Origin: Bacillales bacterium UBA4855
Lineage (GTDB): Bacteria; Bacillota_I; Bacilli_A; RFN20; CAG-826
Length of the DNA: 64,000 nt
Assembly (NCBI GenBank): GCA_002399785.1
Contig: DHEH01000015.1
Location: 21,128-85,127 of the forward strand
Direction of reading: 5' to 3'
Below are positions 17,844-28,071 of this stretch, one piece after another. Numbering within the stretch: the first letter of the stretch is position 1; each line of letters begins with the position of its first letter. Under the pieces are notes generated by a model, which was not told the origin of the DNA, did no database searches, and saw nothing but the letters and a program-made list of their open reading frames with translations. The position numbers and the translations under genes were made by a program.

Positions 17844-19853
17844 TTAATTAATACTTCCGGTGTTGTAACAAGCGCCACCTTTTTCGTAAAGTCCTTTGTC
17901 ATTTGGATCTTTTTCAGTTGTACTACCGTAATTAAGAGCACATGTTACAGGAATTAATCCCGTTGATCTTGCTTTCTCTTGTTTATCAAGAGTTTGATAG
18001 TAACTATTCCAAGCAGTAATTAATGTATCGCTGTTAGTTTTATTTGTTGTTACAGTTTGATTAACTTCATACATATCGATTAAGTTTTGAGCATTTGTAT
18101 CTTTTGCTTTGATGTTTGCATTTGCTTTTAACCATTTATATTGATTAACGGTTTGAAGCGATGATGCATAACTACTATCGATATCTTTTTGTAAAGTATT
18201 TGTAAGATAATCATCATAATTTGATTTATTCATGACAACATCGTTATACATAAATGTTCTCTTTGGAACGTTTTTGCCTTCGACCATTGGAATTTTATCT
18301 GAGTTATAAAGTGGTTTTCCTTGAGCATCAACACCATTGTTGGTGATTGGGACTTCGTTAGCGTAATATTCGCTTAATGGAAGTTTATACTCTGTTCCAT
18401 CACTTAATGTTTCGTCTGTGACATATTCTTTGGTTGTAGCATCTTGTGTTCCGTCGAAGAAGCCTCTATCAAGAGTCATGATGTGAACGCCGCCGCTGCT
18501 AGAAGCATTTAAAGCAAGCATAATTGGACGATCATTATCATCGCAAAGGACGCTTTTAGTTTTTCCATCAATTAGAACTGATTTAAAGTGTGATAATTGA
18601 TTAGCAGTTAATCCTGAGTATTGAGCACCAGTTCTAATTTTTCCATCTGCGTCAAGATCGTTCCAATAAGTCTCACCTGTGTCATCATATGTATGAGCAT
18701 CAGCTGAAGTTAAAGTAGCATTCATACTTTCGTCAGTAATAAAGGAAATACTATGATTGTTAAAATATTCGTTAAAAATAATGTTACGTGGATAGTAATT
18801 TTCATTTCCGTTGTTAACTTTTAATCCATTATAAGAGGTAACTCCACTTAATGAACTTAATTTATCGACAGCTTCATATGGAATAAAGTTTACACCAATA
18901 TTGCTAATTTCACTTTTTGTAGAATCAGTTAGATTGAAACCAGTGAAATTTGAGGACGAAGCATTTTGAGCAAGGTATGTATTATATTTTGTTGCTTCTG
19001 TTTGATTATAGATAGCTTCGTAAGAATAGACACCAAGTTTGAATTCGTTGACAAAACTTGTCGCTGTACTCATTGTGTAAAGACCGCCTTGAGTAGCAGA
19101 ACCTGTATCATCAGTTTCTGTAGTAGCGATGGTGGCAAAAGTAGTATCCTTGCCATCGGTTTGAGTTAATTTAGTAAGAACACGGCTCAATTTAAGAGCT
19201 GCATCTTCAGTAATTTTGCTTCCGGTAAAGTTATCGCCAGAATCTCCAGCTTTAACAAGAATATGTCTAACAGCAAATGGCATATTTTCTTTAACGTAGC
19301 CTTCATCACCCCAAATAAGATTGAATTTACTGGCATTATCGTCAGTACTATCTTTTTTCCAAGTGTTGAAAGAATCTTTAAATTGACTTTTAACTTTAGC
19401 TTCCATCTTTGTTAAAGATGTATCTAAATAAAGTTCATGTTCTTTCTCTTCAGTGGTCATATTTGAATCGGTATAACCTAAAGTAGTAAGATAATCTTCC
19501 CAAGATTTGCCTTCTTCATCAGCCTTATTTTTATCAGTTTTGATAACTTGTTGAGTAGCATCTTCAATTTCGGTCTTATATTTTGAAAGTGTACCACCAT
19601 CCAAAAAAGCAACACGAACAGCTACTTCATTTATTGCATCATAATAAGCTTTAGCATGATCTTTTGGATTGGATTTTAAGTATCTTTGATACACATCCTC
19701 AGCATTAATGCTTTTTTCAGTCTTAACTCCGTCACCATTTGTGTAAGTGTAGGTTAAAACGAGGTCTTCTTTAGCAGTGATAGAGCAACTTGCAATTGAC
19801 ATAGTTGCAATAGCTGTTAAACCAAGCACTAAACATTTCTTAAATTTCTTCAT
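17844..19853 (-). CDS. Large surface lipoprotein with a PrsA-like (parvulin PPIase) N-terminal module and a long C-terminal extension
   Basis: Lipobox SIASC. Parvulin-like segment FAVRHILVKAGD...AALKLSRVL...GKDTTFATIATTETDDTGSATQGGLY...FVNEF, and a possible distal G-x-H-I strand (GGVHIMTL). Confidence 0.65.
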   Translation of the reverse strand: MKKFKKCLVLGLTAIATMSIASCSITAKEDLVLTYTYTNGDGVKTEKSINAEDVYQRYLKSNPKDHAKAYYDAINEVAVRVAFLDGGTLSKYKTEIEDATQQVIKTDKNKADEEGKSWEDYLTTLGYTDSNMTTEEKEHELYLDTSLTKMEAKVKSQFKDSFNTWKKDSTDDNASKFNLIWGDEGYVKENMPFAVRHILVKAGDSGDNFTGSKITEDAALKLSRVLTKLTQTDGKDTTFATIATTETDDTGSATQGGLYTMSTATSFVNEFKLGVYSYEAIYNQTEATKYNTYLAQNASSSNFTGFNLTDSTKSEISNIGVNFIPYEAVDKLSSLSGVTSYNGLKVNNGNENYYPRNIIFNEYFNNHSISFITDESMNATLTSADAHTYDDTGETYWNDLDADGKIRTGAQYSGLTANQLSHFKSVLIDGKTKSVLCDDNDRPIMLALNASSSGGVHIMTLDRGFFDGTQDATTKEYVTDETLSDGTEYKLPLSEYYANEVPITNNGVDAQGKPLYNSDKIPMVEGKNVPKRTFMYNDVVMNKSNYDDYLTNTLQKDIDSSYASSLQTVNQYKWLKANANIKAKDTNAQNLIDMYEVNQTVTTNKTNSDTLITAWNSYYQTLDKQEKARSTGLIPVTCALNYGSTTEKDPNDKGLYEKGGACYNTGSIN

Positions 19854-20072
19854 AAATAACTCCCTTTCATCTAAGCAATACTTTGTGTTTAAACAATAGC
19901 GTTTTATATTTTATACTAAAGTATAAACAAAAACAACTTTAAAAATAGAGAGAAATGACTACAAAAGTGTGGATTGAAAAATAATGCAATTTTTGTAAAA
20001 AAATATTTAATAATCGTCTTTATTGTTATGTGAAAGAAAAAGATATAAAATAAACAAGCAAAAAGGTGAATT

Positions 20073-20906
20073 ATGGAAGAACTAGTTATTAAAAATTTAC
20101 ACGTAGAAGTTGAGAAAAAAGAAATTTTAAAGGGAGTTTCGCTTACTATTAAAAAAGGTGAAATTGTTGCTCTTTTAGGTCCAAACGGACATGGAAAATC
20201 GACGTTATTTGCTGCTATTATGGGAAATCCTCATTACAAAGTGACTGAAGGATCTATTTTATTTGATGGCAAAGATGTCCTTAAAATGGGTGTTGATGAA
20301 AGAAGTAAAGTTGGTATATTTTTAGGCTTTCAAAATCCAGCAGAAATTCCTGGTGTTATTAGTGCTGATTTTTATAAAACAGCTATTAATGCCCGTAACG
20401 AAAATAAAATTTCGCTTTATAAATTTTATAAAGTTTTGGAAGATTCTTGTAAAGAAGTTGAAATGCCATTTGAGATGGTAAATCGTAGTTTAAATGATGG
20501 ATTTAGTGGTGGAGAAAAGAAAAGAAACGAAATTCTTCAGATGAAACTCCTTAATCCTCAATTTGCAATGTTAGATGAAATTGATAGTGGACTTGATGTT
20601 GATGCTATCAATATCGTTTCAAAATCAATTATTGCTCAAAACAAAAAACACGAAACTTCTTTTTTAATTATCTCTCATTATGCTCGTTTATTTGATTTAA
20701 TTAAGCCTAAAAGAGCTTTAGTTATGGTTAACGGAAAAATAGTAATCGATGGGGATTCACAGGTGATTTCGCGTATCGACAAAGAAGGTTACGAGTGGAT
20801 TAAGACTGAATTAGGTATAGAGATTGAGAAGTCAGAAAAGAATATGAATCAAGTTACTTTAGGTACTTGTGCAACTAAAGAGATTATTAAGAATGAAGAT
20901 AAATAA
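20073..20906 (+). CDS. sufC: Fe-S cluster assembly ATPase SufC
   Basis: Motifs seen: GPNGHGKST, FSGGEKKRNEILQM and AMLDEIDSGLD. It is the first gene of a sufCDSUB block. Confidence 0.95.
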   Translation: MEELVIKNLHVEVEKKEILKGVSLTIKKGEIVALLGPNGHGKSTLFAAIMGNPHYKVTEGSILFDGKDVLKMGVDERSKVGIFLGFQNPAEIPGVISADFYKTAINARNENKISLYKFYKVLEDSCKEVEMPFEMVNRSLNDGFSGGEKKRNEILQMKLLNPQFAMLDEIDSGLDVDAINIVSKSIIAQNKKHETSFLIISHYARLFDLIKPKRALVMVNGKIVIDGDSQVISRIDKEGYEWIKTELGIEIEKSEKNMNQVTLGTCATKEIIKNEDK

Positions 20907-21699
20907 TGTTGATACTAAAATTGAAAATAATGAAATATTAATTTCCGAAAACGGAGATTATGTTTTTGATTTTGAAAAAGAACCAATTAAATTAAATATT
21001 GATTGTGAAAAAAACACATGTATCAATATTTTAATAAGCGATCTTTCTCATGATGTCGACCTTACTTTTTATCTTCAAGATTATGCAAATGTTAATGTTA
21101 AGATAATGAATCGAAATTCAGAAAAGAAGGTACATTTGCATGGGAATTTGAATAAAAATTCTATTTTAAATGTTTATCTTGTTGATTTTTCTAGAAATAA
21201 TTTTTACCTTACAAGTGACATAATTATGATTGGCGATAATGCTTCAAGTGAGTTTAGAGTTTCTTCTGTTAGCAAGAATGATTCAATTAAAAATTACATT
21301 ATTAATTATGATCAATTTGCTAAAAATAATACTTCAAAATTGAATGTTTATGGAGTTAGCGAAGATACTAGTGAATTAAATGTTACTGGCGTTTCACATA
21401 TTGAAGCCGGAAGTATTAAATCTACTGCAAATCAAAAAGTTAAAGTCATTCTTTTTGATAAAGAAAGCAAGGGAAAAGCCCATCCAATTCTAAAAATAGA
21501 TTGTGATGATATTAAAGCAAGTCACGGATGCGCTATTGGTAGTCTTGATGACAATCATATTTATTATTTATTAAGTCGTGGAATAAGTATTGATGATGCT
21601 AGAAGATTAATTGTTTTAGGTTATCTCCTTCCTATTCAAAAATATTTTTCAAAAAACGAACAAGAATATATTGAAAATTATGTAAGGAGCGAGTTTTAG
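20893..21699 (+). CDS. sufD: Fe-S cluster assembly protein SufD (short form)
   Basis: SufBD C-terminal beta-helix region (KASHGCAIGSLDDNHIYYLLSRGISIDDARRLIV). I prefer the ATG at 20893, which overlaps the sufC stop, over the GTG at 20869 used by the ORF track. Confidence 0.8.
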   Translation: MKINNVDTKIENNEILISENGDYVFDFEKEPIKLNIDCEKNTCINILISDLSHDVDLTFYLQDYANVNVKIMNRNSEKKVHLHGNLNKNSILNVYLVDFSRNNFYLTSDIIMIGDNASSEFRVSSVSKNDSIKNYIINYDQFAKNNTSKLNVYGVSEDTSELNVTGVSHIEAGSIKSTANQKVKVILFDKESKGKAHPILKIDCDDIKASHGCAIGSLDDNHIYYLLSRGISIDDARRLIVLGYLLPIQKYFSKNEQEYIENYVRSEF

Positions 21700-21700
21700 T

Positions 21701-22930
21701 ATGATAGATGTTAAAAATATTAGAAAAGATTTTCCGATGTTAAATGGCAAAACTCAACAAGGGCATCCTTTAGTTTATTTTGATAATGCTGCTACTACTT
21801 TTAAACCTCAATCAGTAATTGATGCGTGTGATAAGTATTATTCAGAAGAAACTGCAAATGCACATCGTGGAGATTATGATTTAGCTTTTAAAGTTGATAA
21901 AGAAGTTGATTTAGTACGAGAAAAAGTGGCTAATTTTATTGGCGCTAAAAAACAAGAAGTTATATTTACTAGCGGAACAAGTATGAGTTTAAATATGATT
22001 GCTTTTGGTTTTGGCTTTAAATTTTTGAAAAAAGGTGATGAAATTTTATTAACCGAAGCAGAACATGCTAGTAACGTTTTACCTTGGTTTAAAATTAGCG
22101 AATTAACTGGAGCTACGATTAAATATATTCCTCTTAATAAAGAAGGGAAATTAGAACCTGAATCTTTAAGAAAAGTAATAACAAAAAATACAAAAGTTGT
22201 CTCTGTCGCTCAAGTTACTAACGTTATGGGTTTTATGATTGATATTAAAGAAATTGCTAAAATAACACATGAATTCGGCGCTATTTTAGTTTGTGATGGG
22301 GCTCAATCGGTTCCTCATATGAAAGTTGATGTTAAAGATTTAGATTGTGATTTCTTATCTTTCAGCGGTCACAAAATGTTAGGTCCAACAGGTATTGGCG
22401 TTTTGTATGGAAAATATAATTTATTAGAAAAAATGGATCCGTTAATGAGTGGAGGAGGCGACAACGCTCGCTTCGATATGTGCGGAAACGTCGCTTATCT
22501 TGCTGCTCCTGCTAAATTTGAGGCTGGTACTATGAATTTGGCCGGAATATATGGTATGGGTGCGGCAATTGATTATCTTAATAAGATAGGAATGAATAAT
22601 ATTGAAGAATACGAAAAAGAATTGCACTCTTACGCAATTTCTAAACTTAAAGATATTAAAGATTTGATTATTTATAACGAACATGCCGATACTGGAATTA
22701 TTACTGTCAATGTAAAAGGTGTTTTTCCTCAAGACGAAGCAAGTTACTTAAATAGTCATGGAATTTGTGTTAGAAGTGGCGAACATTGCGCTAAACTTTT
22801 AAAAGATTTATTAAAAACAACTGGTACCGTTAGAATCTCGTTGTATTTCTATAATACAAAAGAAGAGGTTGATGTGTTAATTGATGCACTTAAAAATGGA
22901 GGTAATTTCTTAGATGCCTATTTCGATTAA
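21701..22930 (+). CDS. sufS: Cysteine desulfurase SufS (class II aminotransferase V)
   Basis: PLP-lysine region SFSGHKMLGPTGIG and catalytic Cys loop RSGEHCA. Confidence 0.95.
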   Translation: MIDVKNIRKDFPMLNGKTQQGHPLVYFDNAATTFKPQSVIDACDKYYSEETANAHRGDYDLAFKVDKEVDLVREKVANFIGAKKQEVIFTSGTSMSLNMIAFGFGFKFLKKGDEILLTEAEHASNVLPWFKISELTGATIKYIPLNKEGKLEPESLRKVITKNTKVVSVAQVTNVMGFMIDIKEIAKITHEFGAILVCDGAQSVPHMKVDVKDLDCDFLSFSGHKMLGPTGIGVLYGKYNLLEKMDPLMSGGGDNARFDMCGNVAYLAAPAKFEAGTMNLAGIYGMGAAIDYLNKIGMNNIEEYEKELHSYAISKLKDIKDLIIYNEHADTGIITVNVKGVFPQDEASYLNSHGICVRSGEHCAKLLKDLLKTTGTVRISLYFYNTKEEVDVLIDALKNGGNFLDAYFD

Positions 22931-23366
22931 TCCAGAGATGATGCGTGAGATCATCATGGACCACTATAGTAGTCCATTACATAAAAAAACCCCTGCCAAT
23001 CCCTCGTCTTTTGTTCAAATTCGTATGGATAGCGATAGTTGTATCGATGACATAACTATCTTTTTACAATTGGAAAATGGCAAGGTTATTGATGCTTGTT
23101 TTGATGGCGCCGCTTGTACTATCAGCACTGCAAGTACAGATATTTTATGTGATTTATCAATTGGTAAAACATATGAAGAAGTATTAAATATTTTGCATCA
23201 ATATCAAAATATGATTTACGAAAAACCATATAATCCTGAAGTTTTAGATGAAGCTATTGTTTTTGCTAATACCCATAAACAAGCTGCTCGAATTAAATGT
23301 GCAACAATTGGTTGCAATGGTATTGAAGAATTGATTGATAAAGAGTGCGAACATGAAAAAAAGTAA
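22914..23366 (+). CDS. sufU: Zinc-dependent sulfurtransferase / scaffold SufU
   Basis: IscU/SufU-like Cys ligands ([19 protein letters not shown]), located between sufS and sufB. Confidence 0.9.
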   Translation: MPISINPEMMREIIMDHYSSPLHKKTPANPSSFVQIRMDSDSCIDDITIFLQLENGKVIDACFDGAACTISTASTDILCDLSIGKTYEEVLNILHQYQNMIYEKPYNPEVLDEAIVFANTHKQAARIKCATIGCNGIEELIDKECEHEKK

Positions 23367-24753
23367 AATTGAACTAAATGAAAATTATAAATATGACTTT
23401 AAAGATAGCATTGATTCAATCGAAAACACTGGTAAAGGTCTATCGGAATCAGTTGTAAGAACAATTTCTAAGGCTAAAGAAGAACCTGATTGGATGCTTG
23501 AGTTTAGATTAAAAAGTTATGAAACTTTTACTAAACTTCCGTTTCCAAAATTTGGTCCAGATGTTAGTAATATAGATTTTAATTCTTATACTTATTTTAC
23601 GCGCTATGTTAAAGGTGAAAAAACAGATCGGGATAAAGTTCCGGAAACTATTAAAAATACTTTCCAAAAAATTGGTATTCCTGAAGCTGAACAGAAATAT
23701 TTAGCTGGAGCCGCAACTCAATACGAATCGGAAATGGTTTATCACAATATGCTAAAAGAAGTTGAGGAAAAGGGAGTTATCTTTTTATCAACTGATATGG
23801 CATTAAAACTATATCCTGATTTAGTTAAAAAGTATTTTGGGACAGTTGTTAGTCCTGCTGACAATAAATTTGCTGCTTTAAACAGTGCTTGCTGGAGTGG
23901 CGGATCTTTTATTTATGTTCCCAAAAATGTTAAATTAGATAAACCTTTACAGTCGTATTTTAGAATTAATAACCAAAAAACTGGTCAATTTGAAAGAACT
24001 TTAATTATCTGTGATGAAGGAAGTAGTGTCCATTATGTTGAAGGCTGTACTGCTCCAATTTATAGCGAAGATTCTTTACACGCTGCTATCGTTGAAATCA
24101 TTGTTTTAAAAGATGCAAAATGCCGTTATTCCACCGTACAAAACTGGTCAAATAATATTGTTAATTTAGTCACTAAAAGAGCAGTATGTTATGAAAATGC
24201 AACCATGGAATGGATCGATGGTAATATCGGTTCAAAAGTTAACATGAAATATCCTGCTTGTGTTTTAAAAGGCGAAGGAGCAAAAGGAGTTTGTATTTCA
24301 ATTGCTGTTGCTCGTGATGGTCAATATCAAGATGCAGGTGCTAGGATGATTCATGAAGCTCCAAATACTAGCAGTCAAATTATTTCTAAATCAATTGTTC
24401 GTGACGCTGGTGTTTGTAATTATCGTGGAACTGTTAGAATTAAACCAAATGCTATAAATTCTAAGTCGCACGTTGAATGTGATACTTTGATTTTGGATGA
24501 TATTTCAAAGTCTGACACAATTCCAAAGAATGAAGTTTGGAACAATACTAGTTTTCTTGAACACGAAGCTACAGTTAGTAAAATTGATGAAGACCAACTT
24601 TATTACTTGATGAGCCGAGGAGTCAGTAAAGAAGATGCTACACAAATGATTGTTATGGGTTTTATTGAACCTTTCTCAAAAGAATTGCCTATGGAATATG
24701 CTGTAGAACTTAACCAATTAATTAAGCTCGATATGAAGGGAAGTGTTGGTTAA
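23353..24753 (+). CDS. sufB: Fe-S cluster assembly protein SufB
   Basis: Highly conserved SufB core ([51 protein letters not shown]). I prefer the ATG at 23353 over the TTG at 23335. Confidence 0.95.
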   Translation: MKKSKIELNENYKYDFKDSIDSIENTGKGLSESVVRTISKAKEEPDWMLEFRLKSYETFTKLPFPKFGPDVSNIDFNSYTYFTRYVKGEKTDRDKVPETIKNTFQKIGIPEAEQKYLAGAATQYESEMVYHNMLKEVEEKGVIFLSTDMALKLYPDLVKKYFGTVVSPADNKFAALNSACWSGGSFIYVPKNVKLDKPLQSYFRINNQKTGQFERTLIICDEGSSVHYVEGCTAPIYSEDSLHAAIVEIIVLKDAKCRYSTVQNWSNNIVNLVTKRAVCYENATMEWIDGNIGSKVNMKYPACVLKGEGAKGVCISIAVARDGQYQDAGARMIHEAPNTSSQIISKSIVRDAGVCNYRGTVRIKPNAINSKSHVECDTLILDDISKSDTIPKNEVWNNTSFLEHEATVSKIDEDQLYYLMSRGVSKEDATQMIVMGFIEPFSKELPMEYAVELNQLIKLDMKGSVG

Positions 24754-24754
24754 T

Positions 24755-26635
24755 ATGAATTTTGATTATGATGTAATTGTTGTTGGTGGAGGTCATGCTG
24801 GTACAGAGGCCTCTTTAGCATGTGCTAATATGGGTAAAAAGACCCTCTTAATTACTTTAAATATTAAAATGGCTGCTAATATGCCATGCAATCCTTCTAT
24901 TGGAGGAAGTGCCAAAGGAGTAGTTGTTAGAGAAATTGACTCTTTAGGTGGTTTTATGGGGATTGCCGCCGATCATGAATATCTTCAAATGAAGATGTTA
25001 AATACGGCTAAAGGCCCTGGAGTTCAATGTTTGAGAGCTCAAGCAGATAAGAAAAGATATCCGCATTTTGTTCAAGATAAGTTATTAAATACAGAGAATT
25101 TAACTGTTTTAGAAGGTGAAGTAAAAGCTTTACTTCATAATGAAAACACCGTTTTTGGTGTTGTTTTGGGTGATGAAAACGCAATTACTTCAAAAGCAGT
25201 TATTTTAGCTACTGGAACCTATATGAACGGGGCAATTCTTGTCGGACATACTAAAAAAAGTGGCGGTCCAGACGGAGAAAATCCTAGTATCGGTTTGAGT
25301 GATTATTTAAAAGATAAGATGGGCATTCCACTTCAAAGATTAAAGACTGGAACGCCACAACGTATTGCGAAAGAATCTATTGATTTTTCTAAAGGAGAAA
25401 TTCAATACGGAAATATTGATGATCAAGGATTAAGTTACACAACTACAAAATTTATTCCCATCAAAGATCAAATTCCGTGTTGGTTAATTTATACAACCCC
25501 TTCGACTTTAGAGATTATTCGAGATAATCTTTTGGAATCTGCTATGTATAGTGGTTTAGTAAAAGGAATTGGTCCACGTTATTGTCCTTCGATCGAAGAT
25601 AAAGTGGTGCGTTTTTCTGATAAACCAAGACATCAATTATTTTTAGAGCCTGAGTCCTACGACACAAATAGTATATATTTGCAGGGGTTTTCGACAAGTA
25701 TGCCTACAAATATTCAAGATAAAATGGTTCACTCTTTACCAGGATTGGAGAATGCAAAAATATTAAAATATGCTTATGCAATTGAGTATGATGCTATTGA
25801 CCAATTTGAATTTGATAGTAGCTTAATGATTAAAAAATATAATGGTTTATATATCAGTGGTCAAATATGCGGAACTAGCGGTTATGAAGAAGCGGCGGCT
25901 TTAGGTTTAATGGCTGGCATCAACGCTTGTTTAAGGATTGATAAAAAACCACCATTAGTTTTAAAGCGTGATCAAGCATATATTGGTGTAATGATTGATG
26001 ATTTAGTAACTAAAGGAACAAAAGAGCCTTATAGATTATTATCTAGTAGAGCTGAATATCGTCTCTTACTTAGAAGCGACAATGCTGATATGAGACTTCT
26101 TGAAATAGGACACGAAGTAGGTTTGATTAAAGAAGAGAGATATCAGGAATTTTTAGAAAAAAAGAACACAATTTTAGAAATAAATAAACTTTTAGGTAAA
26201 ATCCATCTTGGTGAAACAAGTAAAATTAATGATTATTTACCAACAATTGGGTTTGAAAAATTGACTAGTGGAGTCAGTGCGCGTGATTTACTAAAGCGCA
26301 ATGGTATGACTTTTTCTGCTTTAAAAAATTATATTGAACTTCCAAATAATTTGATTCTTTCAAAAATGGGCGAAGAAGAACTAGAAATAATGGTTAAATA
26401 TGAAGGTTATATTGATGCTGAAAGAAAAGAAACTGTTAAATTTAGAAAACTTGAAGAAATTAAATTAAGAGATGACATAGATTATATGGGTATGGATGGA
26501 TTGGCTATTGAAGCTAGACAAAAATTAACAAAAGTAAAACCTATAAGTATTGGACAAGCTAGTAGAATTAGTGGCGTAAATCCTAGTGATATTGCTATAC
26601 TAGTTATGAATCTTAAGAAAGTAAAGGCTTTATGA
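24755..26635 (+). CDS. mnmG: tRNA uridine-5-carboxymethylaminomethyl synthesis enzyme MnmG (GidA)
   Basis: FAD fold YDVIVVGGGHAGTEA, plus GPRYCPSIEDK and the GYEEAAALGL region. It ends in TGA, which overlaps the rsmG ATG. Confidence 0.95.
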   Translation: MNFDYDVIVVGGGHAGTEASLACANMGKKTLLITLNIKMAANMPCNPSIGGSAKGVVVREIDSLGGFMGIAADHEYLQMKMLNTAKGPGVQCLRAQADKKRYPHFVQDKLLNTENLTVLEGEVKALLHNENTVFGVVLGDENAITSKAVILATGTYMNGAILVGHTKKSGGPDGENPSIGLSDYLKDKMGIPLQRLKTGTPQRIAKESIDFSKGEIQYGNIDDQGLSYTTTKFIPIKDQIPCWLIYTTPSTLEIIRDNLLESAMYSGLVKGIGPRYCPSIEDKVVRFSDKPRHQLFLEPESYDTNSIYLQGFSTSMPTNIQDKMVHSLPGLENAKILKYAYAIEYDAIDQFEFDSSLMIKKYNGLYISGQICGTSGYEEAAALGLMAGINACLRIDKKPPLVLKRDQAYIGVMIDDLVTKGTKEPYRLLSSRAEYRLLLRSDNADMRLLEIGHEVGLIKEERYQEFLEKKNTILEINKLLGKIHLGETSKINDYLPTIGFEKLTSGVSARDLLKRNGMTFSALKNYIELPNNLILSKMGEEELEIMVKYEGYIDAERKETVKFRKLEEIKLRDDIDYMGMDGLAIEARQKLTKVKPISIGQASRISGVNPSDIAILVMNLKKVKAL

Positions 26636-27300
26636 TAACGATAGAAGAAATTAAAAGTAACGAAAAATTAATGCAATTTAAAAAAATGGTGTTAGATGAA
26701 AATAAAAAAATGAATTTAACATCGATTGTTGATGATGAGGAATTTATTGAAAAACATCTTTTTGATTCTTTAGCTATTTTAGATTATTTTGATTATACAA
26801 ATAAGAAAATTATGGACTTAGGAACTGGTGGAGGTTTTCCTGGAATCCCTTTAGCCATTATGCTACCAAATACTTCTTTTGTTTTGATTGATTCGACAAG
26901 AAAAAAATGCGATTTTGTTGAGTCGGTTGCTAAAACTTTAGGGCTTATTAATGTTAAGGTAATTTGTTCTCGAGCAGAAGAATTAGGGGGTCTTTACAGG
27001 GACTTTTTCGATTTTACTGTTTCAAGAGCGGTTTCGTTTTTGCCTGCTTTGCTTGAATTATCTATTCCTTTTTTAAGGATTAACGGAAAGATGATTTCTT
27101 ATAAATCTATTAAGTATAAAGAAGAGATTAAAGCTAGCGAAAGCGCCTTTAAAACTTTGAATGCGAGTTTACTTGAAGTAAAAGAATTTACTTTACCCCT
27201 TTCAAAAGAGAAAAGATTTAATATAATAGTAAATAAAGATAAAGGCACATGTGGAAAGTTTCCACGTTCCTTTGCTTTAATAAAAAAGAGACCTTTATAA
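26632..27300 (+). CDS. rsmG: 16S rRNA m7G527 methyltransferase RsmG (GidB)
   Basis: SAM motif DLGTGGGFPGIPLAI, and a position downstream of mnmG. Confidence 0.9.
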   Translation: MITIEEIKSNEKLMQFKKMVLDENKKMNLTSIVDDEEFIEKHLFDSLAILDYFDYTNKKIMDLGTGGGFPGIPLAIMLPNTSFVLIDSTRKKCDFVESVAKTLGLINVKVICSRAEELGGLYRDFFDFTVSRAVSFLPALLELSIPFLRINGKMISYKSIKYKEEIKASESAFKTLNASLLEVKEFTLPLSKEKRFNIIVNKDKGTCGKFPRSFALIKKRPL

Positions 27301-28071
27301 ATGAAAGTAATTGCAATAGCTAACCAAAAAGGTGGAGTTGGAAAAACAATAACTACCATAAATCTTGCTGCTGGACTTGAAATTATGCATAAGTCCGTTT
27401 TAGTAATTGATCTTGATCCTCAAGGAAATTCTAGTCGTGGACTTGGAGTTGATATTTCTTTGATAAATAGGAATATTTTTGACGCATTGATTCTTGATGT
27501 CGATATCAATAAAGTCATTCGTCATACTTCAATGAAGAATTTAGATTTAATACCTTCTAATCTTAAATTATCCAATTTAGAAAGCGAAATTAATCAAAAA
27601 AGCTTAAATCCTTTTTCAGTTTTAAAAAATGTAGTAAGTAATATTAAAAAACAATATGACTACGTTTTGGTAGATTGTCCACCTTCTTTAGGTATACTTT
27701 GTTTGAATGCTTTAACAGCTGCTGATAGCGTTTTAGTTCCTGTACAATGCGAATATTTTGCAATGGAAGGATTAGCGCAAATATTAGTTACGATTTCAAA
27801 AGTTCAAGATGATTACAATAAAAAACTATCGATCGAAGGGTTCTTATTAACTATGTTTGAACCTCGAAGCCGTTTAGGTGTTGAAGTTGCAGAACAAGTT
27901 AGGGGCTTATTTAGAGAAAGCACGTTCAATGTGGAGATTCCACGTAATATTTCGTTAAGCGAAGCAACAGCAAGAGGAATTCCTGCTTTGCTATATAGAC
28001 CTACTAGCGCAGGTAGTTTAGCTTATTTACAATTAGCTAAAGAGGTAATTGATAATGACAGAAGAATCTAG
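27301..28071 (+). CDS. parA: Chromosome partitioning ATPase ParA/Soj
   Basis: Deviant Walker A NQKGGVGKT, plus VLVDCPPSLG and IPRNISLSEA. Confidence 0.9.
   Translation: MKVIAIANQKGGVGKTITTINLAAGLEIMHKSVLVIDLDPQGNSSRGLGVDISLINRNIFDALILDVDINKVIRHTSMKNLDLIPSNLKLSNLESEINQKSLNPFSVLKNVVSNIKKQYDYVLVDCPPSLGILCLNALTAADSVLVPVQCEYFAMEGLAQILVTISKVQDDYNKKLSIEGFLLTMFEPRSRLGVEVAEQVRGLFRESTFNVEIPRNISLSEATARGIPALLYRPTSAGSLAYLQLAKEVIDNDRRI

Noticed and set aside
27251-27265. Palindrome GTGGAAA-G-TTTCCAC at the 3' end of rsmG, 36 nt upstream of parA, considered as a parS-like centromere site
   Set aside because: It does not match the canonical parS (TGTTNCACGTGAAACA). A 7+7 palindrome is expected a handful of times by chance in 64 kb (64000/4^7 is about 4 under equal base frequencies). 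I saw no CACGTG core anywhere in the window. It is only worth revisiting if the same motif recurs genome-wide near the origin.
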